This document shows positions 1-8,749 of a stretch of DNA of 64,000 bases, one piece after another. This stretch comes from an uncultured delta proteobacterium (GTDB lineage Bacteria > Desulfobacterota > Binatia > DP-6): assembly GCA_963815115.1 (NCBI GenBank), contig CAWFFN010000009.1:1-64000 (forward strand). Direction: 5' to 3'. A program made the position numbers and the translations under genes. The number at the start of each line of letters is the position of its first letter. Position 1 is the first letter of the stretch. The notes under the pieces are model-generated. The model had not been told where the DNA came from. It saw nothing but the letters and a program-made list of their open reading frames with translations, and made no database searches.

Positions 1-2
1 AG

Positions 3-74
<72 letters not shown>

Positions 75-161
75 GGAGACTCCAGGCATAGCCCAGGCAC
101 ACCCGCCTGGCAACGCGCCGCCGATTGACCCCGTCCCTCACCTGAGGCTAGAGGCTGCCTC

Positions 162-566
162 GTGAAGGGCCATGCCCGCAACATGATGACCGAGCGGGTT
201 CCGTCCGTCGCCCCCAACACCCCGCTCACCGCCGTCGCCGCCACGCTGGTGGCCGGAGGCATCGGCGGCGTGCCGGTCCTGGAGCCCGACGGCTCGGTCA
301 TCGGCTTCGTCAGCGAGACGGACGTGGTGAGCGCACTCCTCCACCGCGACCCGACCCTCACCGAGGCGCGCGAGATCATGTCGCAGCCGACCATCGCGAT
401 CGACGAGTTCGCCACTGCGGACGAGGTGATCGCGACGCTGCGCTCCCGGCGCATTCACCACCTGCCGGTCGCGCGTGCCGGCAAGCTGGTCGGCATCATC
501 ACGCCGCTCGACGTGCTGCGCTGGTTCGTGGAGCACGAGAGTCCCATTCCGCCGGACGTGGGGTGA
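162..566 (+). CDS. CBS domain pair protein
   Basis: Two CBS repeats (GGVPVL..IGFVSETD; IHHLPV..LVGIITPLD), 134 aa. Confidence 0.88.
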   Translation: MKGHARNMMTERVPSVAPNTPLTAVAATLVAGGIGGVPVLEPDGSVIGFVSETDVVSALLHRDPTLTEAREIMSQPTIAIDEFATADEVIATLRSRRIHHLPVARAGKLVGIITPLDVLRWFVEHESPIPPDVG

Positions 567-599
567 AGGTCGGGCCGCTGCCTCGCTCGCAAGGGCGCC

Positions 600-735
600 G
601 GGGGTCGGAAACCCCGCTCGCTCGCGGTCCTCGGTGCACGCGCGCCTCGGGTGCGCGGCGTTCCCCCGTCGGCCGCACGCGCCGGCACCTGCGGGCTCGC
701 TCGGCGGGGCTCCCGACCCCCTCGCGGGGGGTCGG
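600..735 (+). repeat. Intergenic long imperfect inverted repeat (REP/REPIN-like or structured RNA)
   Basis: GGGGGTCGG (600-608) and GGGGGTCGG (727-735) are both complementary to CCGACCCCC (713-721). Inner stems CCCCGC/GCGGGG and GCTCGCGG/CTGCGGGC. Confidence 0.55.
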
Positions 736-750
736 CGCGCAGCCAGCCGA

Positions 751-1974
751 ATGAGTGAGTCTCGGCGCTACGACGTCGTCGTGATCGGCGGCGGGATCGT
801 CGGCGTCGCCACGGCGCACGCCCTCTGCGAGCGGCTGCGCGGGTCGCTCGCGGTGCTGGAGGCGGAGGATCACCTCGCGGCGCACCAGAGCGGCCACAAC
901 AGCGGCGTGATCCACTCGGGCCTGTACTACAAGCCCGGGTCGATGAAGGCGCGGAACTGCGTGGAGGGCCGCGACCTCATGTACCGGCTGGTGGAGGAGC
1001 ACGGCGTGCCGTACGAGCGCTGCGGCAAGGTGGTGGTGGCCACCGAGGCCCGCGAGCTGCCGGTGCTCGACGAGCTGGAGCAGCGCGGGCGCGCCAACGG
1101 GCTCGACGGCATGCGCCGGCTCCGGGCAGAGGAGATCGGTGAGTTCGAGCCGGCGGTTGCGGGCGTCGCCGGCCTGCACGTTCCGCAGACCGGCATCGTC
1201 GACTACCTGCGCGTGATCGAGGCCATCGCCGGGCTGGTGCGCGCCGCCGGCGGCGAGATCGTGCTCGGCGCGCGGGTCGAAGGCGTACGCCGGAGCGCCG
1301 GCGAGATCGTCCTCGAGACGCAGGCCGGCCCCATCGCATGCCGTGCCCTCGTCAACTGTGCCGGTCTGCAGTCGGATCGCGTCGCCACCCTGTGCGGCGT
1401 CCGGCCTGGCCTGCAGATCGTGCCGTTTCGCGGCGAGTACTACGAGCTGCGCGCGGAGCGACGCGGACTGGTGCGGAACCTGATCTATCCCGTGCCCGAT
1501 CCGGCGTTTCCCTTCCTCGGCGTCCACTTCACGCGCACGATCCACGGCGGCGTGGAGGCCGGGCCGAACGCGGTGCTGGCGTGGAAGCGGGAAGGATATC
1601 GCCATCGCGACGTCTCGCCGCGCGACCTGGCGCAGATGGCCGGCTACGGCGGATTCTGGCGCATGGTGGGCCGCTTCTGGCGCACCGGCATGGGTGAGAT
1701 GTACCGCTCGCTCAGCAAGGGTGCCTTCGTGAGCGCATTGCAGCGCCTCGTCCCCGAGCTGCGCGCCGACGACCTCGAGCGCGGAGGGGCCGGCGTGCGC
1801 GCCCAGGCAGTCGAGCCGAGCGGGCTGCTGGTCGACGACTTCCGCATCGTCGAAGCGGAGGGGATGGTCCACGTGCTGAACGCGCCGTCCCCCGGCGCCA
1901 CCTCCTCGCTCAGCATCGGACGCACGATCGCCGAGATCGCCACGCGACGCTTCGGGCTCCGCGCTGCCGGTTGA
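751..1974 (+). CDS. lhgO: L-2-hydroxyglutarate oxidase (FAD-dependent)
   Basis: Start MSESRRYDVVVIGGGIVG; family motifs HQSGHNSGVIHSGLYYKPGS, PFLGVHFT and NAPSPGATSSL. Confidence 0.9.
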   Translation: MSESRRYDVVVIGGGIVGVATAHALCERLRGSLAVLEAEDHLAAHQSGHNSGVIHSGLYYKPGSMKARNCVEGRDLMYRLVEEHGVPYERCGKVVVATEARELPVLDELEQRGRANGLDGMRRLRAEEIGEFEPAVAGVAGLHVPQTGIVDYLRVIEAIAGLVRAAGGEIVLGARVEGVRRSAGEIVLETQAGPIACRALVNCAGLQSDRVATLCGVRPGLQIVPFRGEYYELRAERRGLVRNLIYPVPDPAFPFLGVHFTRTIHGGVEAGPNAVLAWKREGYRHRDVSPRDLAQMAGYGGFWRMVGRFWRTGMGEMYRSLSKGAFVSALQRLVPELRADDLERGGAGVRAQAVEPSGLLVDDFRIVEAEGMVHVLNAPSPGATSSLSIGRTIAEIATRRFGLRAAG

Positions 1975-2010
1975 CTGGCCCGGGAGCCCACGCCTACGAT
2001 TCGCGGCACC

Positions 2011-2601
2011 GTGTCCCGCACGCAGGAGCTGATCCACGCGCTCTTCGACGACAGCCTGCACGCCCAGCGGGTGTTCCTCGCCGAGCACGCGGCCGACCTC
2101 GAGCGCGCCGTCGACCTGATCGCCGCCGCCGTCACCTCGGGCCACAAGCTCCTTCTCTTCGGCAACGGCGGCAGCGCGGCCGACGCCCAGCACATCGCGG
2201 CCGAATTCGTCGGTCGCATGCTGCGCGACCGGCGCCCGCTCGCCGCGGTGGCGCTCACCACCGACACCTCGGCGCTGACGGCCATCGCGAACGACTACGG
2301 CTACGACGAGATCTTCGCGCGCCAGGTGCTGGCGCTGGCGCGCGCCGGAGACGTCGCCGTGGCGCTCTCCACCAGCGGCCAGTCTCCGAGCGTGCTGCGC
2401 GCGGTGTCGGCCTGCCGGGCGCTCGGAGTCGGCACGATCGGGCTCACGGGCGGCGACGGCGGTGCGCTGGCGGGCATGGTCGACGTGAGCCTGCGCGTCT
2501 CCGCCAGCACGCTGTCCCCGCGCATCCAGGAGACGCACATCCTCGCCGGCCACGTGCTGTGCGAGCTGGTCGAGGGTCGAGTCTGCGGGGAGTCGGTGTG
2601 A
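2011..2601 (+). CDS. gmhA: D-sedoheptulose 7-phosphate isomerase
   Basis: Motifs FGNGGSAADAQHIAAE, ANDYGYDEIFARQ, STSG and RIQETHI. Confidence 0.93.
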   Translation: MSRTQELIHALFDDSLHAQRVFLAEHAADLERAVDLIAAAVTSGHKLLLFGNGGSAADAQHIAAEFVGRMLRDRRPLAAVALTTDTSALTAIANDYGYDEIFARQVLALARAGDVAVALSTSGQSPSVLRAVSACRALGVGTIGLTGGDGGALAGMVDVSLRVSASTLSPRIQETHILAGHVLCELVEGRVCGESV

Positions 2602-3563
2602 CCCGGCGCCGGCCGGCCTCCGGTCCGCCGCCGCCCATCGACCCGACCCGCGTCCGCACCGTGCCGCTCGGCCGGCGCCCGAGCAAGGTCGCCGCCGCGT
2701 CGCTGGGCACTCCCGTGCGGGCCGGCCTCAGCGTGCGGCGCTTTCTCGACGGCCTGCCGGACATCCTGGCCGCGCACGACCTGCGCGACGCGGCCGCGCG
2801 CATCGCCGCGGCGATCCGCCGGGGCCGGCCGGTCGTGCTCGGCATGGGGGCGCACGCGATCAAGGTCGGGCTGGGTCCGTCGATCGTCGACCTGATCGAG
2901 CGCGGCCGGCTCGCGGCGGTGGCGATGAACGGCGCCGGCCTGGTGCACGACTTCGAGATGGCGTGGGGCGGCCGGACCTCCGAGGACGTCGGTCCCGGGC
3001 TCGATCGCGGACTCTTCGGAATGGCGCGCGAGACGGGCGAGTTCCTGAATCGCGCCACGTGCGAGGGAGTGGCGGCCGGGCTCGGACTCGGGCGCGCCAT
3101 CGGCGACGCCATCGAGGCCGCGCGCCTGCCGTACCGCCGGACGAGCATCCTCGCCGCGGCGGCGCGGGCCGGCGTGCCGGTCACCGTGCACGTCGCCGTC
3201 GGGACCGACATCGTGCACATGCACCCCGACGCCGACGGAGCCGCCATCGGCGAGGGCAGCCTGCGTGACTTCCGCCTCCTTGCCGCCGTCGTGAGTCGCC
3301 TCGAGGGCGGGGTGTACGTGAACCTGGGGTCGGCAGTCATCCTTCCCGAGGTGTTCGTGAAGGCGCTCAATCTTGCTCGCAACCTGGGCCACCGCGTGCG
3401 CCGCCTCACCACCATCGACATGGACTTCCAGCGCCACTACCGGCCGGCGGTCAACGTGATCGCGCGGCCGACGGCGCTGGGAGGGCGCGGCATCCAGCTC
3501 ACCGGCCACCACGAGATCATGTTTCCGCTGCTCTGGGCGGCGGTCGAGGAGGCCCTGCGCTGA
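2598..3563 (+). CDS. Deoxyhypusine-synthase-like (DHS-like NAD-binding fold) conserved protein
   Basis: GTG overlaps the gmhA stop. Motifs GMGAHAIKVG, AMNGAG..HDFE, GTDIVHMH, GSAVILPEVF and GHHE. Confidence 0.7.
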   Translation: MTRRRPASGPPPPIDPTRVRTVPLGRRPSKVAAASLGTPVRAGLSVRRFLDGLPDILAAHDLRDAAARIAAAIRRGRPVVLGMGAHAIKVGLGPSIVDLIERGRLAAVAMNGAGLVHDFEMAWGGRTSEDVGPGLDRGLFGMARETGEFLNRATCEGVAAGLGLGRAIGDAIEAARLPYRRTSILAAAARAGVPVTVHVAVGTDIVHMHPDADGAAIGEGSLRDFRLLAAVVSRLEGGVYVNLGSAVILPEVFVKALNLARNLGHRVRRLTTIDMDFQRHYRPAVNVIARPTALGGRGIQLTGHHEIMFPLLWAAVEEALR

Positions 3564-4339
3564 TCACGCTGACCACCGACTTCGGGCTGGTCGATCCCTT
3601 CGTCGGCATCATGAAGGGCGTGATCGCCACATGCGCTCCGGAGGTGCGCGTGATCGACGTCACGCACGGCATCCCGCCCCAGGACGTTCTCGCCGGCGCT
3701 CTCGTCCTGCGGAACGCGATACCGTATTTCCCGGCGGGCACCGTTCACGTGGCGGTGGTCGACCCGGGCGTCGGCACCTCGCGCCGCGCCCTGTGCGTCG
3801 AGACCGAGACGGCGACGCTTGTCGGTCCCGACAACGGGCTCCTCTCGCTCGCCGCTCCGCCCGCATCCGTCCGGCGCATCGTCGAGCTGACGGAGGAAGG
3901 CTTCTTCCGCGCGCCGCGCAGCGCCACCTTCCACGGTCGTGACGTGTTCGCACCGGTGGCGGCGGCGCTCGCCACCGGCACCGACCCCGACGCCCTCGGA
4001 CCCCGGCGGCCGACCCTCGAGCGCCTGACCCTGCCCGAGCCCGTGCGACGGGGGAGTGCGCTCCACGGTCAGGTGATCTACGTGGATCGCTTCGGCAACC
4101 TCGTGACCAACCTCCCGGGGCACGCGTTCCCTCCGGACGCGGTTTCGATTAGCATCGGCCGGGTGCGCCTCCGCGGCCCGTCCTCGAGCTACGGCGCCGT
4201 CGCGCGAGACACACCGGTGGCCGTGGTGAACAGCTGGGATCTGCTCGAGATCGCCGTCCGTGACGGCTCGGCTCGCGAACGGTTGGGCGTCGGCGTCGGC
4301 GAGGCCGTGGTCGTCGAGGCCGAGTCAGAGAAACAGTGA
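3560..4339 (+). CDS. SAM hydrolase / SAM-dependent chlorinase-fluorinase family protein (DUF62)
   Basis: The family N-terminus ITLTTDFG lies in frame upstream of ATG 3611. Motifs VVDPGVG, GPDNG, TFHGRDVFAP and DRFGN. Start probably CTG 3560 after SD GAGGAGG. Confidence 0.88.
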   Translation: MITLTTDFGLVDPFVGIMKGVIATCAPEVRVIDVTHGIPPQDVLAGALVLRNAIPYFPAGTVHVAVVDPGVGTSRRALCVETETATLVGPDNGLLSLAAPPASVRRIVELTEEGFFRAPRSATFHGRDVFAPVAAALATGTDPDALGPRRPTLERLTLPEPVRRGSALHGQVIYVDRFGNLVTNLPGHAFPPDAVSISIGRVRLRGPSSSYGAVARDTPVAVVNSWDLLEIAVRDGSARERLGVGVGEAVVVEAESEKQ

Positions 4340-5247
4340 AAGAGATGAACGAGACAAACGCATTTCCCTGGACCGCGGAGCCGCTGCCCGCGGCACAGCG
4401 GCGGGTGCAGACCGAGCAACGGCCCGTCGTCCACCTGCTCCTCCTCGCCCTGACGCTGCTCACGACGACGATGGCCGGCGCCCGCATGGTAGGCGTCGCG
4501 CCGGACTCGCTGGCCGCTCTCGTCCAGGGCTTGCCGTTCTCGCTGACCCTGCTCGCCATCCTGCTGACGCACGAGTCGGGGCACTATCTCATGTGCCGCC
4601 GGCACCGGATCGCCGCCTCGCTTCCCTACGTGTTGCCGGCCCCGCCGTTTGCGCTGCTCGGAACGTTCGGCGCCGTGATCCGGGTCCGTTCCCGCTTCCC
4701 CGACCGGCGCGCGCTGTTCGACATGGCCGCAGCCGGTCCGTGGGCGGGCTTCGTCGTGGCGCTGGTCGCCATGGTGGTGGGCCTGCGGCTCTCCACCGTC
4801 GCCGCCACCCCTCCCTCCGGACCGACCGTGCTGCTCGGAGATTCGCTGCTCACGAGCTTCCTGGCCCGCGCCGTCCTGCACGCCGACCCGGACGCCGTGA
4901 TGCTGCATCCGGTAGCCTTCGCGGCCTGGGCCGGTCTGCTCGTCACCTCCCTCAACCTGCTGCCCGCGGGGCAGCTCGACGGCGGACACGTGCTCTATGC
5001 CGCGCGCGGGCGCCGACCGGTCCTGCTGCCGGCAGCCCTGGTCGCCGTGCTCGTCTGGCTCGGCGTGCACGGTTCGCCCTTCTGGATCGTATGGAGCGCG
5101 GTGGCGGCCCTCATGCTCTTCCTCGGTCACCCGCGCACGATGAACGACGGGCGCCCCCTCGGCACCGGCCGGCAGCTCGGCGCCGTCGCCAGCCTGCTCC
5201 TCCTCGTGGTGACGTTCGTCCCCGAGCCCATCCGGTTCGTGTCATGA
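4336..5247 (+). CDS. Site-2 protease (M50) family membrane metalloprotease
   Basis: HESGH (HExxH), NLLPAGQLDGGH and multiple TM segments. Confidence 0.9.
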   Translation: MKEMNETNAFPWTAEPLPAAQRRVQTEQRPVVHLLLLALTLLTTTMAGARMVGVAPDSLAALVQGLPFSLTLLAILLTHESGHYLMCRRHRIAASLPYVLPAPPFALLGTFGAVIRVRSRFPDRRALFDMAAAGPWAGFVVALVAMVVGLRLSTVAATPPSGPTVLLGDSLLTSFLARAVLHADPDAVMLHPVAFAAWAGLLVTSLNLLPAGQLDGGHVLYAARGRRPVLLPAALVAVLVWLGVHGSPFWIVWSAVAALMLFLGHPRTMNDGRPLGTGRQLGAVASLLLLVVTFVPEPIRFVS

Positions 5248-5699
5248 GCACGCGGCCGAGCTGGGATCAGTACTTCATGACCATCACGCGCCAGGTCGCG
5301 GAACGCTCGACCTGCCTGCGTGCGAAGGTCGGGGCGGTGATCGTGCGTGACAAGAACATCCTCGCCACCGGCTACAACGGCGCGCCCGCCGGGCTACCGC
5401 ACTGCACGGACGTGGGCTGCCTGATCTACCGCTCGACGACCCCGAGCGGCGAGATCGAGGAGAACTGCTTCCGCTGCATCCACGCGGAGATGAACGCCAT
5501 CGCCCAGGCTGCGAAGAACGGCGCCGGCATCCGGGACGCCGCCGTCTACGTGACCCACACGCCGTGCATCCAGTGCTTCAAGGTCCTCATCAATACCGGG
5601 ATCAAGCGCATCTTCTTCGAGAAGCCCTACAAGCTGCACACCCTCGACGAGCTGCTGCGTTACAGCGACGTCACCATGGAGCCGGTGGCGGAGTGCTGA
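5244..5699 (+). CDS. dCMP deaminase / ComEB-like cytidine deaminase family protein
   Basis: MSTRPSWDQYFM, RSTC, TGYNG, and the HAEMNA / PCIQC zinc motif. Confidence 0.9.
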   Translation: MSTRPSWDQYFMTITRQVAERSTCLRAKVGAVIVRDKNILATGYNGAPAGLPHCTDVGCLIYRSTTPSGEIEENCFRCIHAEMNAIAQAAKNGAGIRDAAVYVTHTPCIQCFKVLINTGIKRIFFEKPYKLHTLDELLRYSDVTMEPVAEC

Positions 5700-6379
5700 C
5701 GCATCCGGCGTGGTCGGGGCTGACCGGATTCCGTCACGGCTTCCTCGACCGCGCCGAGTGCGCGATGCGCGCGGACAGCGGCGGCTGGGAGCCGGTGGTG
5801 GCGGCCGCGGGAGTCCCGCTGCCGGTGTGCACCGTCAAGCAGGTCCACGGCATCCACGTGGTCACTGCGGACCGCGACCGTGAGCCGCTGGAGGCGGACG
5901 GGGTGGCGACGAGCGCCGCAGGCCTGGCCGTCGGCGTGGTGACCGCCGATTGCGTGCCCTGTCTGATGCTTGCGCGCGGCCCTGGCGTTGCTGCCGCGGT
6001 GCACGCCGGGTGGCGAGGAGCCGCCGCGGGCGTCCTCGAGGCAGCGGTCGCCCACCTCGGTTCGGCGTTCGGGGTCCAGCCGCGAGACCTCGAGGCCTGC
6101 CTCGGGCCGGCGGTGGGGCCGTGCTGCTATCGCGTCGGGAGCGAGGTGCACGCCGCCTTCGCGGCGCGCACCGGGAAGCGGACGTGGCCGGCGTGGCGCG
6201 AGGCGGGGGACGCGCTCATGCTCGATCTGCGCGTGGCGGCCCGCCTGCTCCTCGAGGCCGCCGGAGTGGGCTGCGTCTCGCTGCTCGGGCCCTGCACCGC
6301 CTGCACGCCGAGCTATGCGTCCTACCGGCGCGACGGACCAGGCGCCGGGCGGCAGCTCAGCTTCATCGCCCGGACGTAG
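5693..6379 (+). CDS. pgeF: YfiH/PgeF family (laccase-domain, purine nucleoside phosphorylase-like) protein
   Basis: Motifs QVHG, TADCVP, HAGWRG, GPAVGPCCY and SYRR. Confidence 0.88.
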   Translation: MLTHPAWSGLTGFRHGFLDRAECAMRADSGGWEPVVAAAGVPLPVCTVKQVHGIHVVTADRDREPLEADGVATSAAGLAVGVVTADCVPCLMLARGPGVAAAVHAGWRGAAAGVLEAAVAHLGSAFGVQPRDLEACLGPAVGPCCYRVGSEVHAAFAARTGKRTWPAWREAGDALMLDLRVAARLLLEAAGVGCVSLLGPCTACTPSYASYRRDGPGAGRQLSFIART

Positions 6380-7220
6380 CCGCGACCGCGGCGAAGGTCT
6401 GCGGGACCGCCACCGCGTCCTGCTCCGGGTTCTCCAGATACTCGCGGGTGATGCGGGCCATCGCGCCACCGTGGAAGCCGTCCATGAAGCGATGGTCGAG
6501 CGTCACGCACAGGGTCATCATCGGCTTCACGACCGGCCGGCCGTTCTCGGCCACCACGCGATCTTCCACCGCGCCCATGAGCACCACCATCGGGGTGCGG
6601 CTGAACGGCACCAGGGGTCCGAAGGCGGCACGGATGCCGAAGACACCGACGTTGCTCACCATGCCGGTGCCGAACTCGTCCTTGACCACGCCGAAGCGCG
6701 AGAGATCGAGGTCGAGGTCGTAGATCAGGTAGGCGATGGTGCGCATGAGGCGCCCGAGGATGCGGGACGGCACCCGGTCGAGCACCGACTTCGTGCGCTC
6801 GACCTGCTGGTCCCGGCGAGCGCGGATGCGGGCCACGCGTTCCTCGGCCTCGCGGGCGATCTCGAGCGCGGGCTTGCGGTCGGCGTTGGCGATCTTCACG
6901 CCCGAGAGCTCGGCGCCGCCGCTCGTCGCCACCTGCATGAAGATGTCGACCGAGTCGCGCAGCATGATGCGGCCGCGCGAGACGATGCCGTTCATCTGGG
7001 GAAACTGCGCCAGCGCCAGCGCGACCCCACGCACGGTGAGATGGGTGACGGTGACGTGCACGCCGCTCTCGGCGCGCAGCCGATCGCAGTAGGCGAGCGC
7101 CGCGCCCATCGGGACGTCGACCAGAGCATACGTGCTCGGGTCGCGTGGCGGACTCCAGGTGTGAACGGCGAGCTTGCGCCAGCCCTTGAAGGGCTCCAGC
7201 GGTCGGAACACCCCGGCCAT
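6363..7220 (-). CDS. Stand-alone 2-oxoacid dehydrogenase acyltransferase (E2) catalytic-domain protein
   Basis: Catalytic DHRFMDG motif and SNVG; no lipoyl domain. Start MAGVFRPLE. Confidence 0.8.
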   Translation of the reverse strand: MAGVFRPLEPFKGWRKLAVHTWSPPRDPSTYALVDVPMGAALAYCDRLRAESGVHVTVTHLTVRGVALALAQFPQMNGIVSRGRIMLRDSVDIFMQVATSGGAELSGVKIANADRKPALEIAREAEERVARIRARRDQQVERTKSVLDRVPSRILGRLMRTIAYLIYDLDLDLSRFGVVKDEFGTGMVSNVGVFGIRAAFGPLVPFSRTPMVVLMGAVEDRVVAENGRPVVKPMMTLCVTLDHRFMDGFHGGAMARITREYLENPEQDAVAVPQTFAAVAATSGR

Positions 7221-7353
7221 GCGGCGCGTGTAGCGGCGGGATTTCCGGCTGTCAAACTTGGGCCGGGCAACCGGACGCGACTTGAGGATGCCGGCCGGGG
7301 CTGATACCGTCCGCGGCCGTGGCGCCGGAGAGCCGGCGTCGAGGAGGTGTATC

Positions 7354-7710
7354 GTGAAACAGCTGCTCGTCGCCGTCGCCATCGTGGCCATGCTGGCGCT
7401 TCCGGCCGGGAGGGCGCTGGCGCACGACGCCTACAACGACGCTGATTCCAATCCTCTCAAGTTGATGAGCTACCCGGTCGCCGCCGTCGGCTTCGCCCTC
7501 GAGTGGGTGTTCACCCGACCGATCCACTTCCTGGTCTCCCAGCCCACGCTCCAGCCGGTCTTCAACTACGAGCCGACGTACAACGCCTTCGACACCCCCG
7601 AGCCGTACCCGTCGCGCTCAGCGTCCGATGCGAGCACGGCCAACATACCGTACAATCCACCGCCGCCGCCCACGATCTTCACTCCACGGACCGACGAGCC
7701 ACTTCGCTGA
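7354..7710 (+). CDS. Hypothetical exported/membrane protein
   Basis: SD GAGGAGG, GTG start, signal peptide MKQLLVAVAIVAMLALPAGRALA and a Pro-rich tail. Confidence 0.7.
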   Translation: MKQLLVAVAIVAMLALPAGRALAHDAYNDADSNPLKLMSYPVAAVGFALEWVFTRPIHFLVSQPTLQPVFNYEPTYNAFDTPEPYPSRSASDASTANIPYNPPPPPTIFTPRTDEPLR

Positions 7711-7749
7711 TCGCCGGACACGCGTCCGGCGCAGCGTGCCCGCGAGCGC

Positions 7750-8349
7750 GTGTCGTACGATCGCAAGGACGCTCGCTACCGACGGGCGAAGGCGGCGGGA
7801 TACCGGGCGCGCAGCGCCTACAAGCTGATCGAGCTCGACGACCGGTTCCACTTGATCCGCCGCGGTGACGTCGTGGCCGACCTGGGAGCGTGGCCCGGTG
7901 CCTGGATGCAGGTCGCCGCGGAGCGCGTCGGACCGGGCCGCGTGGTCGGGCTCGATATCGTGGCGGTCGCACCGCTCGCGCCTCCCCACGTGACGTCCCT
8001 GGTCGGCGACGTGCGCGACGCGGCGGCGGTCGAGGCGCTGCGCGCGCAGCTCGGTGCGCCCGCGTCGGTGGTGCTGTGTGATGTGGCGCCGAAGCTCTCC
8101 GGCGTCCGGGCGAGCGACGACGCGCGGGCGTCCGAGCTGGTCGCCGCGGCGCTCGATGCCAGCGCCCGCTTGCTGCGCCCGGGAGGGCGTCTCCTCGTGA
8201 AGCTCTTCATGAACGAGGACTACGGGGCGCACGTCGCCCGCCTGAGGGCGTCGTTCGCGGACGTGCGGACCACGCGACCGGAGGCGTCGCGCCGGGGCTC
8301 CTCCGAGCTCTACGCCGCCTGTTTCGGATACTCCGCAGCCTGTGGATAA
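7750..8349 (+). CDS. rlmE: 23S rRNA (uridine2552-2'-O)-methyltransferase
   Basis: Motifs YRARSAYKLIE, DLGAWPGAW, D-VAP and SRRGSSELY. Confidence 0.92.
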   Translation: MSYDRKDARYRRAKAAGYRARSAYKLIELDDRFHLIRRGDVVADLGAWPGAWMQVAAERVGPGRVVGLDIVAVAPLAPPHVTSLVGDVRDAAAVEALRAQLGAPASVVLCDVAPKLSGVRASDDARASELVAAALDASARLLRPGGRLLVKLFMNEDYGAHVARLRASFADVRTTRPEASRRGSSELYAACFGYSAACG

Positions 8350-8614
8350 CGTGTGGACTTGTGAACATCCTCCGCGGCGCCCCGAGGCCCTCGCCAGCGC
8401 CGTCCCCCGCCCCGGAGGTCAGGCGCCTAACTTCTCGGCGATGCGGCGCTATCGCGCCCCCTGGTAGGACCCCGTCGCGCATGTGTGCGGCACCGCATAC
8501 CGGCACGGAAACGGGCCTCCTGCGCGCTGTTGATAAGTAGTGGGCGGCCAAGTCCTTGCGGGCGAAGCATTTGCGCGCGGAGTATCGCGCGAGTCGTTGT
8601 TACAGAAGCGTTTA
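8341..8614. promoter_or_regulatory. DnaA-box cluster with IHF-like direct repeats
   Basis: Perfect DnaA box TGTGGATAA at 8341-8349, near boxes TGTGGACTT, TGTGAACAT and TGTTGATAA (8528-8536), plus a 25-bp imperfect repeat at 8549 and 8590. Confidence 0.5.
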
Positions 8615-8749
8615 ACCACCCGCGATCCGCGCGAGGCTCATCGTGCAGGCGCTTGCGGCGCTCGAGGATCCGGAGAGCGTGAGGATCCGCGGTTGCGTAG
8701 TCTCGCGGTTGATTTTTCACCGGCCCCTTGCTCTGACCATCTCGTGTCG

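Noticed and set aside
475-750. N-terminal extension of lhgO in the ORF track (similar extensions for gloB, mscL, amidohydrolase and ACAD)
   Set aside because: These are upstream in-frame open stretches without family similarity, so starts were moved to where homology begins.
8425-8470. GCCTAAC as an attC R'' box
   Set aside because: There is no matching GTTRRRY or L-box structure at a suitable distance.
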